DNA of 63,987 nt, filler included, from Nitrospirota bacterium (GTDB taxonomy: Bacteria > UBA2233), in assembly GCA_011620345.1 (NCBI GenBank). It is 5 parts of 5 records of this genome, joined end to end, with 100 filler letters (N's around TTAATTAATTAA, not from the genome) between each part and the next. Parts side by side here need not be neighbours in the genome. Positions count along the whole stretch, not along the records: positions 28,523 to 42,311 come from WOZJ01000013.1; 4 more parts are not named here. One strand, 5' to 3'. A program made the translations under genes and the position numbers. Below, one piece after another: positions 28,523 to 39,119 of the stretch; within the stretch, counting starts at the first letter, position 1; each line of letters opens with the position of its first letter. The notes under the pieces are model-generated. The model did not search any database and was not told the DNA's origin. It saw only the letters and a list, made by a program, of their open reading frames with translations.

Positions 28523-29050
28523 TGACTGGGCTAGGAGAGCTTCGGCGGACTCCTGCTGACGGGCCAGCTGTCCCCAGAGGTCCACTTCGTACCCCAGTAC
28601 CCCGGACACGGAAAAGGGGTTTGAGGTGACCGCACCCCCGCCGCCCCGTAACGAATCCCCCCCCTCGAGGACCCCCCCAGTCTGGTTGCCGTAGATGTCG
28701 GGGTAGCGCTCCCTGCTGGCCTCGGCCTGGAGATCCAAGGTAGGGAGGCGGTTGGCCTTTGCCAGTCCGAGCCGGGCATGGGTTTCCCGGATGCGTGCGA
28801 GCTGTAGGCGGATATCGAGGTTGTCCTTGAGGGTTCGCCCAATGAGGTATGCCAAAGAGGGGTCGTCAAAGAGGGCCCACCATTCCCGCCAGTCTTCCCA
28901 CCTCTTAAGCTCGTCCGGGGTCGCCGCGGCTTCCTTGGGCCATGAGTGGGGAAGCTCCATTTTGGGCTGCCGGTAATCGGGGCCCAGTTGGCACCCTAGG
29001 GAGATCATGAGGGAGCAGACCGCGAAGGCTAACGGGTAGCGTCTATTCAT
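28523..29050 (-). CDS. NodT/OprM-family outer membrane efflux lipoprotein, truncated
   Basis: Lipobox SLGC, GPDY, WWALFDDP, YEVDLWG. Confidence 0.9.
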
Positions 29051-32000
29051 CAGGCTTCCCCTTACCCCTAATGTTTTTCAGCCAGTCGGCGAAGTCTTCG
29101 ACAAGCCTGAAGGCTAGGGGCACGAACACCAAGGCCAGCGAGCTGGCCAGGATCATGCCGCCGACGATGACGGTCCCTAGCTCCCTACGGCTGTTGGCCC
29201 CCGCGCCGCTGGCGAACAGCAAGGGGAGGGTCCCGACGATGAACGTCAGGGCCGTCATCATGATGGCTCGAAACCGCTGGCGGGCGGCGGCGCTGGCGGC
29301 CTGGGAAGCCTTCATGCCCCCGGACTTGTTCTGAGCGGCGAACTCGACGATCAGGATGGCGTTCTTGCTCGAAAGACCGATGAGGACCAAAATGCCGACC
29401 TGAAAGTAAATATCGTTGGGAACGCCCCGAAGAAGGGAGAAAATCACCGCCCCAAGGGCACCGAAGGGGACGGCGGAGGCCACGGCAAGCGGGAGGAGCC
29501 AGCGCTCGTACTGTGCCGCTAGGATCAAAAACACCATGACCAGCCCCAGAGCGAACGCCATACTCCCCGTCCCGCTGGCCACCTCTATCTGGTAGGCTTC
29601 TCCTATCCAGTCGACGAGCGTAGTCTTGATATCGAGGCTCGAGGCCCAGGCCTCCTTGATCGCGTCCTTGACCTGCCCCGTCGTGTAGCCGGGGGCGGGA
29701 TCGGCCATGATCTTCGAGGCCGCATAGACGTTGAAGCGTTCGATGATGTCCGCCTCGGGGATGCGCTCTAGGGTAACCAGAGAGCTGAGCGGGACAAGCC
29801 CTCCATCCTGAGAGCGGACAAAGATACGCCTGAGGTCGTCGTGCTGGTCGCGGAAGGCTCCTTCGGCCTGGATGTTGACCTGCCAGGTACGACCCGAGAG
29901 GGTGAAGTCGTTGATGTAGAGGCTCCCGAAGGCGCTCTGCATGGCCTCGAATACCCTGTTGACCGGGATATTCATGGCTCTGGCCTTCTCCCTGTCGAGA
30001 GTGGCCTTGAACTTGGGAATGTTCGTATCCAAAGTGGCGCGGGCGTTAGTGACTTCGGGCCTGTTTTCGAGGGCTTCCATCAGTCTGTCCGCCATGCGCC
30101 TGACGTTTTGAGGGGAGGGGTCGCCCCGAACCTGGAGGTAACCCTCTACGCCGCCCGTCAAGGAGAGCCCTCGGATGGGTGGAGGAAGGAAAGAGACGAT
30201 CTGGGCCTCGAGGAAATCCTGGTCCATGCCCGTAATCCGCTTGGCGAGCGAAAGGGCATCCTTCCCCTTGCCCTGCCGCTCGCCCCAGTCGCTCAAGTCC
30301 GCAAACCCGACTCCAGAGTTGGTCCTTAGGGAGGAGGCGATGATGTCGAACCCGGCGAACGCGGTGAATTGATCGATTTCCTCCATCTGGATCAAGCGCT
30401 CAGCGATCCTGTCCCGGACTTCCTCCGTTCTTCCGAGCGCCGAAGCGGCCGGAAGCTTGTAGGTGACCATCAAGGAGCCTTGGTCCTCCTGGGGGACCAG
30501 TCCGGATGGTAACCTGTTGAACAAAAGAAAAATCCCCACAAGGACGACGGCGAACAAGGAAAGGCCCACGAAGGCATGAGCGATGAAGTAGTCTACACCC
30601 TTCATGAAAACCCTGGTGACGGCGTTCAAGCCCCGGTTAAAAAGCTGGAAGGGGCGGGCGATTTCGTGCCTCTGGCCGCCGAGCAACAGAGCGCACAGGG
30701 CCGGGGTCAGCGTCAGCGCCACGACGCTCGAGAAGCAGACGGCGACCACGATCGTCACGGCGAACTGTCTGTAGAGGACTCCGCTCAGCCCACCCAAGAA
30801 GGCGACGGGGGAGAAGACGGCGACGAGCACCATCGTGGTGGCGATGACCGCCCCGGCGACCTGGTTCATGGTCTCCACGGATGCGTCCCGGGCCCCGAAG
30901 CCCTGCTCACGCATCAGGCGGTCCACGTTCTCCATGACGAGAATGGCGTCGTCCACCACGATCCCGATGGCCAGGACGAGCCCGAAGAGGGTGAGCAGGT
31001 TGATGGAAAACCCGAGCGCGAGCATGCCGGCAAACGCCCCGATTAAGGATACCGGGATGGCGACGACAGGGATCAGCGTCGCTCGAACATGCTGAAGAAA
31101 GACAAAAGTGACGAGAACCACCAAGACGATGGCGATCAGGAGCGTAAGGAACACCTCGCGGATGGAGATTTTCACGAATTCGGTCGTGTCGTAGGGGATG
31201 GTGTATTTGAGCCCTTCGGGGAAGCGGCTTTCCATATCCTTAAGTGAGGCCATGACCGCATCGGCCGTGTTGAGGGCGTTCGCCCCGGGCTCGAGGTAGA
31301 TACCCATGGGGACGGCAGACCTTGCGTTGTAGGTGGCCGAAAAGGCATAGCTCTTGGCGCCGAGCTCGGTGCGGGCCACATCGGACAGGCGCAGCGTCGC
31401 CCCTTTCCCGTCGGCCCTGAGGATGATGTCGTCGAACTCCTTAGGGGATTTGAGCTGGCCCCTTGTGGTGAGGGCGTAGGTAAAGGCCTGCCCCTCGGGT
31501 GCGGGTGCCGCCCCGATTTGCCCGGCGGCAAAATTGACGTTCTGCTCCCGAATGGCCGAGGCGATGTCCGATGGGGTCAGGCGGTACTGGGCCATTTTTT
31601 CGGGATCCATCCACACGCGCATCGAGTAGTCCTTGGAGCCGAACAAGGAAGCATCGCCCACGCCGGGCAGGCGCACGAGCTCGTCGACCACGTTCAAGAG
31701 GGCATAGTTGCTGATGTAAACCGAGTCGTGCTCCTTGCGCTCGGAATACAGGACGATAACCATCAAGATGTCCGTCGATAGCGCCTGAACCCTGATCCCT
31801 TGCTCCCTGGTGGCTGCGGGCAACCTGGGCAGGGCCGCCTGGACCCGGTTGTTGACGTTGATCGAGGCCTGGTCGGGATCCGTGCCGATCTCGAACGATA
31901 CCCGAATGCGAAGGGAGCCGGCGTCCGTGCTGACGGATTCCATGTAGATCATGTCCTCGACCCCGTTGATTTCCTGCTCGAGGGGGGCGGCGACGGATTC

Positions 32001-32174
32001 GGCCATAACCTTGGCGCTTGCTCCGGGGTAGGTGGCCGTCACGACGACCTGGGGCGGGACGACATCGGGGTATTGCGCGACCGGCAGGGCAAAGAGTGCC
32101 ACCAGTCCCGCGATGATGATGACGATGGAGATGACCGAGGAAAAGATGGGGCGGTCGATGAAGAACTGAAACAT
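29043..32174 (-). CDS. HAE1-family multidrug RND permease
   Basis: FFIDRPIF, LPVAQYP, GIVVDDAI, KNAILIVEFA, RFRAIMMT. Confidence 0.95.
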   Translation of the reverse strand: MFQFFIDRPIFSSVISIVIIIAGLVALFALPVAQYPDVVPPQVVVTATYPGASAKVMAESVAAPLEQEINGVEDMIYMESVSTDAGSLRIRVSFEIGTDPDQASINVNNRVQAALPRLPAATREQGIRVQALSTDILMVIVLYSERKEHDSVYISNYALLNVVDELVRLPGVGDASLFGSKDYSMRVWMDPEKMAQYRLTPSDIASAIREQNVNFAAGQIGAAPAPEGQAFTYALTTRGQLKSPKEFDDIILRADGKGATLRLSDVARTELGAKSYAFSATYNARSAVPMGIYLEPGANALNTADAVMASLKDMESRFPEGLKYTIPYDTTEFVKISIREVFLTLLIAIVLVVLVTFVFLQHVRATLIPVVAIPVSLIGAFAGMLALGFSINLLTLFGLVLAIGIVVDDAILVMENVDRLMREQGFGARDASVETMNQVAGAVIATTMVLVAVFSPVAFLGGLSGVLYRQFAVTIVVAVCFSSVVALTLTPALCALLLGGQRHEIARPFQLFNRGLNAVTRVFMKGVDYFIAHAFVGLSLFAVVLVGIFLLFNRLPSGLVPQEDQGSLMVTYKLPAASALGRTEEVRDRIAERLIQMEEIDQFTAFAGFDIIASSLRTNSGVGFADLSDWGERQGKGKDALSLAKRITGMDQDFLEAQIVSFLPPPIRGLSLTGGVEGYLQVRGDPSPQNVRRMADRLMEALENRPEVTNARATLDTNIPKFKATLDREKARAMNIPVNRVFEAMQSAFGSLYINDFTLSGRTWQVNIQAEGAFRDQHDDLRRIFVRSQDGGLVPLSSLVTLERIPEADIIERFNVYAASKIMADPAPGYTTGQVKDAIKEAWASSLDIKTTLVDWIGEAYQIEVASGTGSMAFALGLVMVFLILAAQYERWLLPLAVASAVPFGALGAVIFSLLRGVPNDIYFQVGILVLIGLSSKNAILIVEFAAQNKSGGMKASQAASAAARQRFRAIMMTALTFIVGTLPLLFASGAGANSRRELGTVIVGGMILASSLALVFVPLAFRLVEDFADWLKNIRGKGKPDE

Positions 32175-33397
32175 CAGGCCGCGCTTTCTTCGGGGGTTAC
32201 GATGGCCACGGGAGTGCCGTCTTTGAGGTTCACATGCCCGTTGACCACGAGCCGGTTTCCTGGGGAAAGCCCCTCGAGAATCACCTGCCGGCCTTCGACG
32301 ATGACTCCTAGACGCACGGGAGTCAAACGCGCCTTCCCGTCACTGTCGATCACGAAGACCGCGGGGCCCTTCGGGGTCTGGACGATGGCAGCCTCGGGAA
32401 CCGCCACAACGTCCCTGAACGACTCGAGGGCGACATGGACACGGACGAACTGACCCGGGATGAGCCCGCTTTGGGGGTTGGGGAAGACGGCGCGGAGCGT
32501 GACGGTTCCGGTTTCGATATCGATCGTGCTTTCGGTGAAATCCACCGTACCCGTTACGGGATACGGCCGGCCGTCGGGAAGGGTGAGCCTGGCCTCGCGT
32601 AGGATGGGCTCTTTGCCCTCGGCTCTCCTTTTGGTGGGCGGGGCCTGCTCGAGGAAGGCGGCGTCGTCCTCGGGCAGGGCAAAGCGCACGTGGGCGGGGT
32701 CGTGCTGGACGATCGTCGTCAAAAGCGTTCCGTACTGTACGAGATTTCCCTCGGAAAAGGCCTCGAGACTCGTGATTCCGCTTACGGGAGCCTTGACGTG
32801 GGCGTATTCGAGGTTAAGCTCGGCCCTGTTGAGCTCGGCCCTGGCCATATCGAAGCGGGCCTGCCCCGCCTCGAGGGCCGAAAGGGCGTTGTCCCGTTCC
32901 CGCTCGCTCGCGGCCTTCTTGGCGAACATCCGCGAGACCCGGCGCCATTCCCTCTTGGCGTTGTTCAAGTTGGCCCTGGCGTCCTCGAGGTTGGCCTTCG
33001 CCTGGTTCAGGGCGATGACGAAGGGCCTTCGGTCGATGACGAAGAGGGGCTTGTCCTGCTCGACGACCTCACCCTCCGTGTACAGGCGCTTCTCGATGAC
33101 CCCCTCGACACGGGCCCTGACCTCGACTTCCCGCACGCCATAGACCCGGCCAGGATAGTCCCGCTCGAGGACGAGGTCCTCTTTTTTGAGGACGCTGACC
33201 TCGACGGGTAAGCGCCTTGGTGGAGCTGGACTCTTATCGCCGCCGCAGCCAACGAGCGCCAAAAGGATGACGACGGCGGGCAAGGCTGCCCACATTCCGG
33301 GATACGGTTTCCGACCCCGAAGGGCTTCGAGCGTAAGCTTGAGCCGATTTTTATGCCTTGAAGGCTTTACTCGTCGGAAGATTTTTATCATTCCCAT
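32174..33397 (-). CDS. RND membrane fusion protein (AcrA/MexA-like)
   Basis: Lipobox LVGC, EVRARVEG, APVSG, RAVFPNP; true start may be ATG 33295. Confidence 0.92.
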   Translation of the reverse strand: MGMIKIFRRVKPSRHKNRLKLTLEALRGRKPYPGMWAALPAVVILLALVGCGGDKSPAPPRRLPVEVSVLKKEDLVLERDYPGRVYGVREVEVRARVEGVIEKRLYTEGEVVEQDKPLFVIDRRPFVIALNQAKANLEDARANLNNAKREWRRVSRMFAKKAASERERDNALSALEAGQARFDMARAELNRAELNLEYAHVKAPVSGITSLEAFSEGNLVQYGTLLTTIVQHDPAHVRFALPEDDAAFLEQAPPTKRRAEGKEPILREARLTLPDGRPYPVTGTVDFTESTIDIETGTVTLRAVFPNPQSGLIPGQFVRVHVALESFRDVVAVPEAAIVQTPKGPAVFVIDSDGKARLTPVRLGVIVEGRQVILEGLSPGNRLVVNGHVNLKDGTPVAIVTPEESAA

Positions 33398-33425
33398 TCT
33401 TTCTTTTCGATGAATCGAGCGAATG

Positions 33426-34037
33426 CTAGACAGGAGTTTTCGAAAGGATGCCGTTCAGGACGATGGTCAGCTGATCCTCGAGCCGACTTTCCAAAGAAAC
33501 CCGGCTGGCCGTGATGTGGCGGATGACAATGGCTCCGTAAAGCAGCTCGCCCAACGTCTCCAGGATGATTTCAGGAGAGAACGGCCTGAGTTTGCCCTGC
33601 TTCAACAAGGTTTCGATCAAAGAAAGCCATCTTTGGCTCCTTGTGTCCTTGTATAGGAAGTAGGTAGGCTTAGCGAGGTCGCGGAATTCCACCCTTTCTT
33701 GGAGGAAGAGCTCCACGATGTCCGGCTTGGCGTCGAAAAAGCGCAGGTAAGCCTTGATCGCCGCTTTGAGTTGTTCGAGAAGATCCTCGATCCCTTCCGT
33801 TTCACGGTCTACGGCATCTATCAGGCTTTCTACGGAATGTCTCACGGTGGAGAAGAAAAGGGCTTCTTTCGTGGGAAAAATCCGGTAAACCGTTCCCTTT
33901 CCGACGTGGGCTCGATCGGCGATATCCTGCACCCTTGTCCTGCGGTAGCCTAATTCGGCAAACACGGCCGTTGCCGCCTCTAGGATCTGGGCTTCCCGTT
34001 TGATCGAGGGCTTAAGCGTTGGATGTATTTGGGGCAT
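33426..34037 (-). CDS. TetR/AcrR-family transcriptional regulator
   Basis: ILEAA...DIADRAHVGKGTVYRIFPTKEAL helix-turn-helix. Confidence 0.93.
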   Translation of the reverse strand: MPQIHPTLKPSIKREAQILEAATAVFAELGYRRTRVQDIADRAHVGKGTVYRIFPTKEALFFSTVRHSVESLIDAVDRETEGIEDLLEQLKAAIKAYLRFFDAKPDIVELFLQERVEFRDLAKPTYFLYKDTRSQRWLSLIETLLKQGKLRPFSPEIILETLGELLYGAIVIRHITASRVSLESRLEDQLTIVLNGILSKTPV

Positions 34038-34100
34038 GCGGGATAGGGTTAGAATAGGGCGTATAAAAAGGCACGGCTTCTTCTGTTTTTTTTAAGATGC

Positions 34101-34149
34101 GGACGGACCGGTCAGTCCATAGGGTACCCTACAGCGGCTCCTCATGCAA
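34101..34149 (-). promoter_or_regulatory. tetR promoter and probable TetR operator
   Basis: Minus TTGCAT(34149-34144)-N17-TACCCT(34126-34121), then dyad GGACGGACCGGTCAGTCC at 34101-34118 with one mismatched pair. Confidence 0.7.
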
Positions 34150-34225
34150 GCGATAACCGCAGCAAGCCGCCCGCAGGTCCGGGAATGGCGGGATGTTTGC
34201 CCCTGGAGCCTCGGAAAGATGCTCG

Positions 34226-35788
34226 TCATGGCCGGTTTCTTTTGCGCGGGTTCCGAATCAGGAAAAAGAACGGTGCGCTTACCAAAAACAGCGCGCTGAA
34301 CAGCCAGAAAATGTCGGCGTAGGCCATCATCTGCGCGTTGGCGTTGAGCTGGGCGTTCATGACGGCCAAGGCCATATCTTGGAGGTGGTAAGGGTCGAGC
34401 GTGTAGAGAAGCTGGGAAGGGGGCATGCCGGTCGAACCCGCACCGTAGGGCAGAAGATGAGCGATCGTTCCCCATCGCTCCCGAAAGATCGGAGAGAATT
34501 GGCTTAGGTGCTCGATCAAGACGGAGCGGTGGAACTGCGTCCTGCGTTCAGAAAGCGTGCTCACGAGCGCGTAACCCGTCGAGCCTCCGAACTGTCGAAT
34601 GAGGTTGTAGATTCCCGAGGCCTGGACAAGGTCCTTTGGGTTGACGGCAGAGAGCGTGAGTGTCGTAAGCGAGCTCCAGACGGCCGCGTTCCCCAACCCC
34701 CAGACGATGAGCGGCCAGAACACCTCGGAAATCCCCGAATCCAGGCTCAAGTTTTTGAGCATGAGCCCCGAGGCCGCCATAATAACAAACCCGACCGCGC
34801 TCGTAATCCTCGGATCGACCAGGTTGTAAAGCCTCCCTGTCGCCGGCAGCACAAGGAACATGATAAGCGCTCTAGGCAACACGGCCAGCCCGGCGTGCGT
34901 GGCGTCAAACCCCAAAAGCTCCTGGGTCCAGACTGGGATTACGAAGTTGTTGGCGTACAGGCATACCATCAGGACCGTGCCCATGGCCGTGCCCATGCTG
35001 AACGAGAAGTTTTTCATCACCCTAAGCTCGACGGCGGGCGATTTGGCCTTGAGCTCCCAGTAGATGAACCCAAAAAGGCTAAGGACCCCCAGGATCCCGA
35101 AGCGGTAGGTCAGGGCCGAGTTGAACCAATCCCAGCGCTGACCACGCTCGAGGACAAGATCGAGGCAAGACAGCGCCACGGCCAAGAGCCCGATTCCTAA
35201 AAAATCCGTCCTTGCCCGGACGCGCTTTTTAGGGTCGTCCGCGGGCAGGGTCATGGGGACCAAAAGAAGCGTGGCAATGCCGATCGGGATGTTGATCAGG
35301 TAGATCCAGGGCCATCCGTAATTGTCCGTGATCCAGCCGCCCAAAACCGGGCCGATCGCCGGTCCCGCCATGGCCGCCATTCCGAAAATGGCCATCGCGA
35401 AGCCTTGCTCTCCCGGGGGAAAGACCTCCATCATGAACGCCTGGGCCGTCGGGATCAACACGCCCCCGCCAAAGCCTTGGAGCGCTCGAAAGGCGATCAT
35501 TTCGGGCAGTGTCCTCGCCATTCCGCACAGTCCAGAGGCTAGCGTGAACACCATTACGGCGCTGAAATAGAACCTGCGCCTGCCAAAGCGCTGCGAAAAA
35601 AAATAAATGAGAGGCATGACGATGACGTTGGCCACCATGTAGGAGATGGCGACCCAGGTGATCTCGTCGATCCCGACGCCCAGCCCGCCCGCCATGTGCG
35701 GCATGGCGACGTTTACGATGGAAGTATCGATGACGGCCATCAGGGCGCCCAAAAGGACGGTCATCGACACGAGCCATTTGGCCGGCAT
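34226..35788 (-). CDS. DHA2/EmrB-family MFS efflux permease
   Basis: DTSIVNVA, RFGRRR, RALQGFGGG, GPAIGPVLGG, INIPIG. Confidence 0.93.
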   Translation of the reverse strand: MPAKWLVSMTVLLGALMAVIDTSIVNVAMPHMAGGLGVGIDEITWVAISYMVANVIVMPLIYFFSQRFGRRRFYFSAVMVFTLASGLCGMARTLPEMIAFRALQGFGGGVLIPTAQAFMMEVFPPGEQGFAMAIFGMAAMAGPAIGPVLGGWITDNYGWPWIYLINIPIGIATLLLVPMTLPADDPKKRVRARTDFLGIGLLAVALSCLDLVLERGQRWDWFNSALTYRFGILGVLSLFGFIYWELKAKSPAVELRVMKNFSFSMGTAMGTVLMVCLYANNFVIPVWTQELLGFDATHAGLAVLPRALIMFLVLPATGRLYNLVDPRITSAVGFVIMAASGLMLKNLSLDSGISEVFWPLIVWGLGNAAVWSSLTTLTLSAVNPKDLVQASGIYNLIRQFGGSTGYALVSTLSERRTQFHRSVLIEHLSQFSPIFRERWGTIAHLLPYGAGSTGMPPSQLLYTLDPYHLQDMALAVMNAQLNANAQMMAYADIFWLFSALFLVSAPFFFLIRNPRKRNRP

Positions 35789-35915
35789 GGACTTCCTCCT
35801 TGGAGAGCCGATTCAGAAAACGCGGTCGGTAAGCCCTTGGCATAGGGCTAAGAAGAAAGGTCTCTATCTACGGTATAGCATATAGAATAAACTGGTAGGT
35901 TGGCAAACGGGGCCG

Positions 35916-38900
35916 CTAGAGTACCCCGTCGTCTTTCATGCCTAGTCCCGCCGGCTCTTTTGGCCCTGGAGAGCGCTTGGAAAACCTTTCTTTGAGGCGT
36001 CCGAGCTGCTGAAGGACCCTTTGGGAGAGCGGCACGACATCGTCGAAGTAGGTATAAATGGCGGGTACGACGTACAGCGTAAGGAACGTCGAGGTGATCA
36101 TTCCGCCTAAGATAGCGATGGCCATGGGCCGCCTGGCCTCCGCGCCCGTCCCGATACCTATGGCCGTCGGGATGACGCCCGCGATCGTCGACAAGGCCGT
36201 CATCAAAATCGGCCGCAATCGAAGGGGACACGCCTGCAGAAGGGCTTCGTTGCGCCCCTTGCCCTGATCGCGCAGCTGGTTTGTAAAATCCACCATCAAT
36301 ATCGAATTCTTCTTGACGATCCCCAAAAGCAGGATCATCCCGATCATGCTCATGATGTTAAGCGTCTGGCCAAAAATAAGAAGGGCAACGAACGCCCCGA
36401 TCGTCGAAAGCGGAAGGGCCGAGAGGATCGTCAAAGGGTGCAGGAAGTGGTCGTACTGGCCGGCTAGGATGATGTAGCTGATCGTTATGGCCATCCACAG
36501 CGCAAAGATCAAATACATGAAGCTTTCTTTCATCGTCTCGGCCTGGCCAGCCGGCGCCACCGAATAGCTGGGGTCGGGCAAGATCGAGCGGGCGTAGGCC
36601 ATGCTCTTTTCGAGCGAGGTCTCGACAGAGGCCCCTTGCGCAACGTCGCCGTACACCGTAATGGCCTTCTCTCTGTCGCGGCGTGTTATCGTGTTCGGGC
36701 CTACGGTCTCTATGAGCTTGACGATGCTGGCCAGCCGGTAGCGCTCCCCTCGCCTATTGGCCACTAGAATGTGGTTGATGATGTCGGGGTTTAATCGGCT
36801 ATTGTCGTCGAACCTCACGCGGATGTCGTAGCGGCGCCCGTTTTCAGGGTCTTCAAACTTGGAAGTGACGAGCCTCGCCCCGCCGATCAGGGCGTAGACG
36901 TTCTGCGTGATGGCGTCAATGTCGATGTCCAAGTCTGCCGCCTTGTCGCGGTCGATCTCCAAATGCAACTCCGGCTTTCTTAACTCCGCCGAGTCGTCCA
37001 CGTCCACGACTCCAGGCAGCGTCTTCGTGTAATCGACCGTTCTTTGCGCCACTTGGGCCAGCTTGTAGATGTTGTCGCCTTTAATATCGAACTGGAGCGG
37101 GGTTTTCCGGTCTCCCGTCGAAGCTCCCGTCGGAATCGTCTCCGGGTCTTCCAAAAACGCCTGGATGCCAGGGATTTGGGCGAACTTTTTCCGTAGCCCG
37201 GTCATGATTGCCTGCTGGGAACGGTTTCTGTCGCCCTTTTCTTTGAGCGTGACGAAGATAAACCCTTTGGAGACGTCCCTCGCCCCCCGTACCTGCCCTA
37301 ACCCCACAATCGAAATGTACTTGAGCGTCTCTGGCGTTTCCTGGACAATTTTTTCTAGAATCTTGTGCTTGGCGTCCATGTACTCGATCGAAGAGCCGAG
37401 CGGCCCTTTCGTCCGGATGATGAAGCGCGCCAAGTCCTGCTTGGGCGTAAATTCCTGGCCGATAAACTTGATCAGGAAAAAGCTCGAAACGCACGATACG
37501 ACCGCAACCGTAACGACAAGGAAGCGGTGATTGAGCGAAAACGGAAGCGTTTTCCGGTAAAGATGCTCGAGCGTGCCGTTAACCCTCTCGAACCCTCGAA
37601 AGATGACGTTAGTCGAACGCCCCGTTTTCAAGTACCGAGAGCAGAGCATGGGAACGAGCGTCAATGCGACGAACAAAGACAGCAAGATAGCGCCCGCGAC
37701 GATGATGCCGAATTGGTAGAAGAACTTGCCAATCAGCCCGCCCATGAAGGCCACGGGAAGGAACATGCCGGCGATGGCGAGCGTCGTGGCCGTGGCCGCT
37801 CCCGTGATCTCGGAGGCCCCTATGACCGAGGCGGTTTGCCTATCCTTGCCCTCCTCCATGTGCCGGTAAATGTTCTCCAGCACGATGATGGCGTCGTCGA
37901 TCACGATGCCGGTAAGCACCGTCATGGCAAGCATCGTCATGTTGTTGAGCGTGAACCCCAAAAAGTACATCAGCGCAAACGCCCCGATGAACGAGGTGGG
38001 GATGGCAAGCGCCGTGATGACGCTCGGGTTTAAAGATTGCAAAAACAGCCACACGATCAAGGCGGCGAAGATGCTGCCAAAGAGGAGCTCTTCCTTGGCC
38101 GAATCGACGGTTTGCTTGATAAAATCGCTCCCGTCGTAGGCAATCGCCATTTTCATGCCCTTGGGCAGCGCGGGCTCGATCTGTTTGAGGCGCTCCTTTA
38201 CGGCCTCGGCCACCTGAAAGGCGTTAGCCCCGGTTCTTTTGGCCACCCCGAAGGAGACACACGGCGTTCCGTCATAACGGGCACGCGTGCGGTCCAATTC
38301 CATCCAGTCTTTGGCGTACCCGATGTCTTTAAGGCGTATGGGCGCTCCGTTCCTGTAGACCACGATCAGGCTGTTGAAGGCCTCTTCGGTAAGCAGGTTG
38401 CCTTCTGTCAGCACGTTGAACTCGCGCTCTGTCCCTTCGAGGATGCCCGAGGGCGCCTCGATGTTCTTCTGACGAATGACGTCCATCACCTCGGCGGCTG
38501 TCAGGTTGTAGCCCTCGAGCTTCGCCGCGTTCAGGTACACGCGCATCTCGCGTCGTCTGAACCCGCCGTATTGTATGTTGCCCACGCCCGGCACGGTCTG
38601 GATCTTGGGTCTTAGAGTGTAGTCGAGGTACTCGGAAATGTCCTTGATGCTCATCGTGTCGGAGTAAAGCGAAACCCAAAGGATCGGGCGGGCGTTGATG
38701 TCTAGCTTGTTGATTACGGGCGGGTCGATGTCGGTCGGCAGGTCGCGCAGGGCTTCCGAAACCTTGTCGCGCACCTCGGCCGCGGCATCCTCAGGGTTGC
38801 GGTAAAGCTCGAACTCGACGATGATGCGCGAGCCGCCTTCCATCGAGATCGAGGTGATGTGCTTGACGCCCTCGATCTCGGTAAGGCGCTCCTCGACCTT

Positions 38901-39095
38901 GTCGGTGACGGAGCCGTCCACGCTGGAAGGGTCGGCACCTTCCCATGTCGTGTTGACCGTGACGGTAGGAATGTCTACTTCGGGAAAGATGTCGATGCCA
39001 AGCCGGTTGAGTGCCACGAGCCCGAAAAGCAGGATCGTGGCGATGAACATGCTCGCAAGGACGGGCTTTCTGATCGAAAGGTTAGAAAGGTTCAT
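35916..39095 (-). CDS. AcrB/MdtB-like RND permease
   Basis: IDDAIIVLENI, GIVKKNSILMVDF, RLRPILMT. Confidence 0.95.
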   Translation of the reverse strand: MNLSNLSIRKPVLASMFIATILLFGLVALNRLGIDIFPEVDIPTVTVNTTWEGADPSSVDGSVTDKVEERLTEIEGVKHITSISMEGGSRIIVEFELYRNPEDAAAEVRDKVSEALRDLPTDIDPPVINKLDINARPILWVSLYSDTMSIKDISEYLDYTLRPKIQTVPGVGNIQYGGFRRREMRVYLNAAKLEGYNLTAAEVMDVIRQKNIEAPSGILEGTEREFNVLTEGNLLTEEAFNSLIVVYRNGAPIRLKDIGYAKDWMELDRTRARYDGTPCVSFGVAKRTGANAFQVAEAVKERLKQIEPALPKGMKMAIAYDGSDFIKQTVDSAKEELLFGSIFAALIVWLFLQSLNPSVITALAIPTSFIGAFALMYFLGFTLNNMTMLAMTVLTGIVIDDAIIVLENIYRHMEEGKDRQTASVIGASEITGAATATTLAIAGMFLPVAFMGGLIGKFFYQFGIIVAGAILLSLFVALTLVPMLCSRYLKTGRSTNVIFRGFERVNGTLEHLYRKTLPFSLNHRFLVVTVAVVSCVSSFFLIKFIGQEFTPKQDLARFIIRTKGPLGSSIEYMDAKHKILEKIVQETPETLKYISIVGLGQVRGARDVSKGFIFVTLKEKGDRNRSQQAIMTGLRKKFAQIPGIQAFLEDPETIPTGASTGDRKTPLQFDIKGDNIYKLAQVAQRTVDYTKTLPGVVDVDDSAELRKPELHLEIDRDKAADLDIDIDAITQNVYALIGGARLVTSKFEDPENGRRYDIRVRFDDNSRLNPDIINHILVANRRGERYRLASIVKLIETVGPNTITRRDREKAITVYGDVAQGASVETSLEKSMAYARSILPDPSYSVAPAGQAETMKESFMYLIFALWMAITISYIILAGQYDHFLHPLTILSALPLSTIGAFVALLIFGQTLNIMSMIGMILLLGIVKKNSILMVDFTNQLRDQGKGRNEALLQACPLRLRPILMTALSTIAGVIPTAIGIGTGAEARRPMAIAILGGMITSTFLTLYVVPAIYTYFDDVVPLSQRVLQQLGRLKERFSKRSPGPKEPAGLGMKDDGVL

Positions 39096-39119
39096 TCACT
39101 GCTCTCTTATGTGACGCTT

